Source: Azolla caroliniana
Taxonomy: Eukaryota > Plantae > Polypodiophyta
NCBI GenBank assembly: GCA_043228905.1
Contig: JBHGNT010000021.1
Coordinates: 248,001 to 312,000 of the forward strand
DNA: 64,000 bases
Direction: 5' to 3'
Numbering within the stretch: the first letter of the stretch is position 1; the number at the start of each line of letters is the position of its first letter. The position numbers and the translations under genes are program-made. The notes below the pieces were generated by a model. It worked only from the letters and a program-made list of their open reading frames with translations, was not told the origin of the DNA and did not search any database. This document shows positions 63,702-64,000 of the stretch, one piece after another.

Positions 63702-63853
63702 GAATTCTGATGGTTATACATAAGCCGTCTATACAAGGACTACAGTTATGGTATCTCAGTCAATGCTATGAGGAGCCAGTCAAAATAAAATTCTGATGGT
63801 TATACATAAACAGTCTATACAAGGACTACAGTTATGGTACCTCAGTCAATGCT
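63702..63853. repeat. Tandem duplication with ~87-bp period
   Basis: AATTCTGATGGTTATACATAA...GTCTATACAAGGACTACAGTTATGGTA.CTCAGTCAATGCT occurs twice. Confidence 0.8.
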
Positions 63854-64000
63854 CAGCGGACCCAGGTGTCTTTGAGAGACCAATCAAAGAAAGACAAGAG
63901 GCACTGAAGAAGAGAGGAAAACCTGCTTTCTTTCCTCTGCTTCCGTATATAATACAGAGGAAGCATCTAACTGACTCCTCGAGGTGTGAAGACCTCACGC

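Overview
Eukaryotic, TE-rich land-plant genomic DNA with a 100-N scaffold gap at 7935-8034. The PPR style and repeat content suggest a fern or other seed-free vascular plant (inference). Genes reconstructed by hand from splice sites: the last exon of a PC4/KIWI-KELP coactivator (missed by the ORF track), a 3-exon CCDC97-like gene, an intronless PLS-class PPR gene with a truncated E region, an intronless 491-aa orphan ORF, a complete 6-exon SURF1, and a large GEX2-like gene. The GEX2-like gene has at least five symmetric phase-1 exons, each encoding one filamin/Ig-like repeat, and one exon needs a GC donor. Mobile DNA includes an intact Ty1/copia with identical LTRs, degraded copia and gypsy elements, solo LTRs, L1-like and RTE/RTEX-like LINE pieces, a hAT relic and MITEs. 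No prokaryote-type system (CRISPR, operon) is present, and I cannot demonstrate a wholly new system from sequence alone. The best leads are the exon-modular GEX2-like protein, the orphan ORF, the cluster of (TTTC)n-tailed LINE ends in that gene's introns, and several DNA-repair scars.
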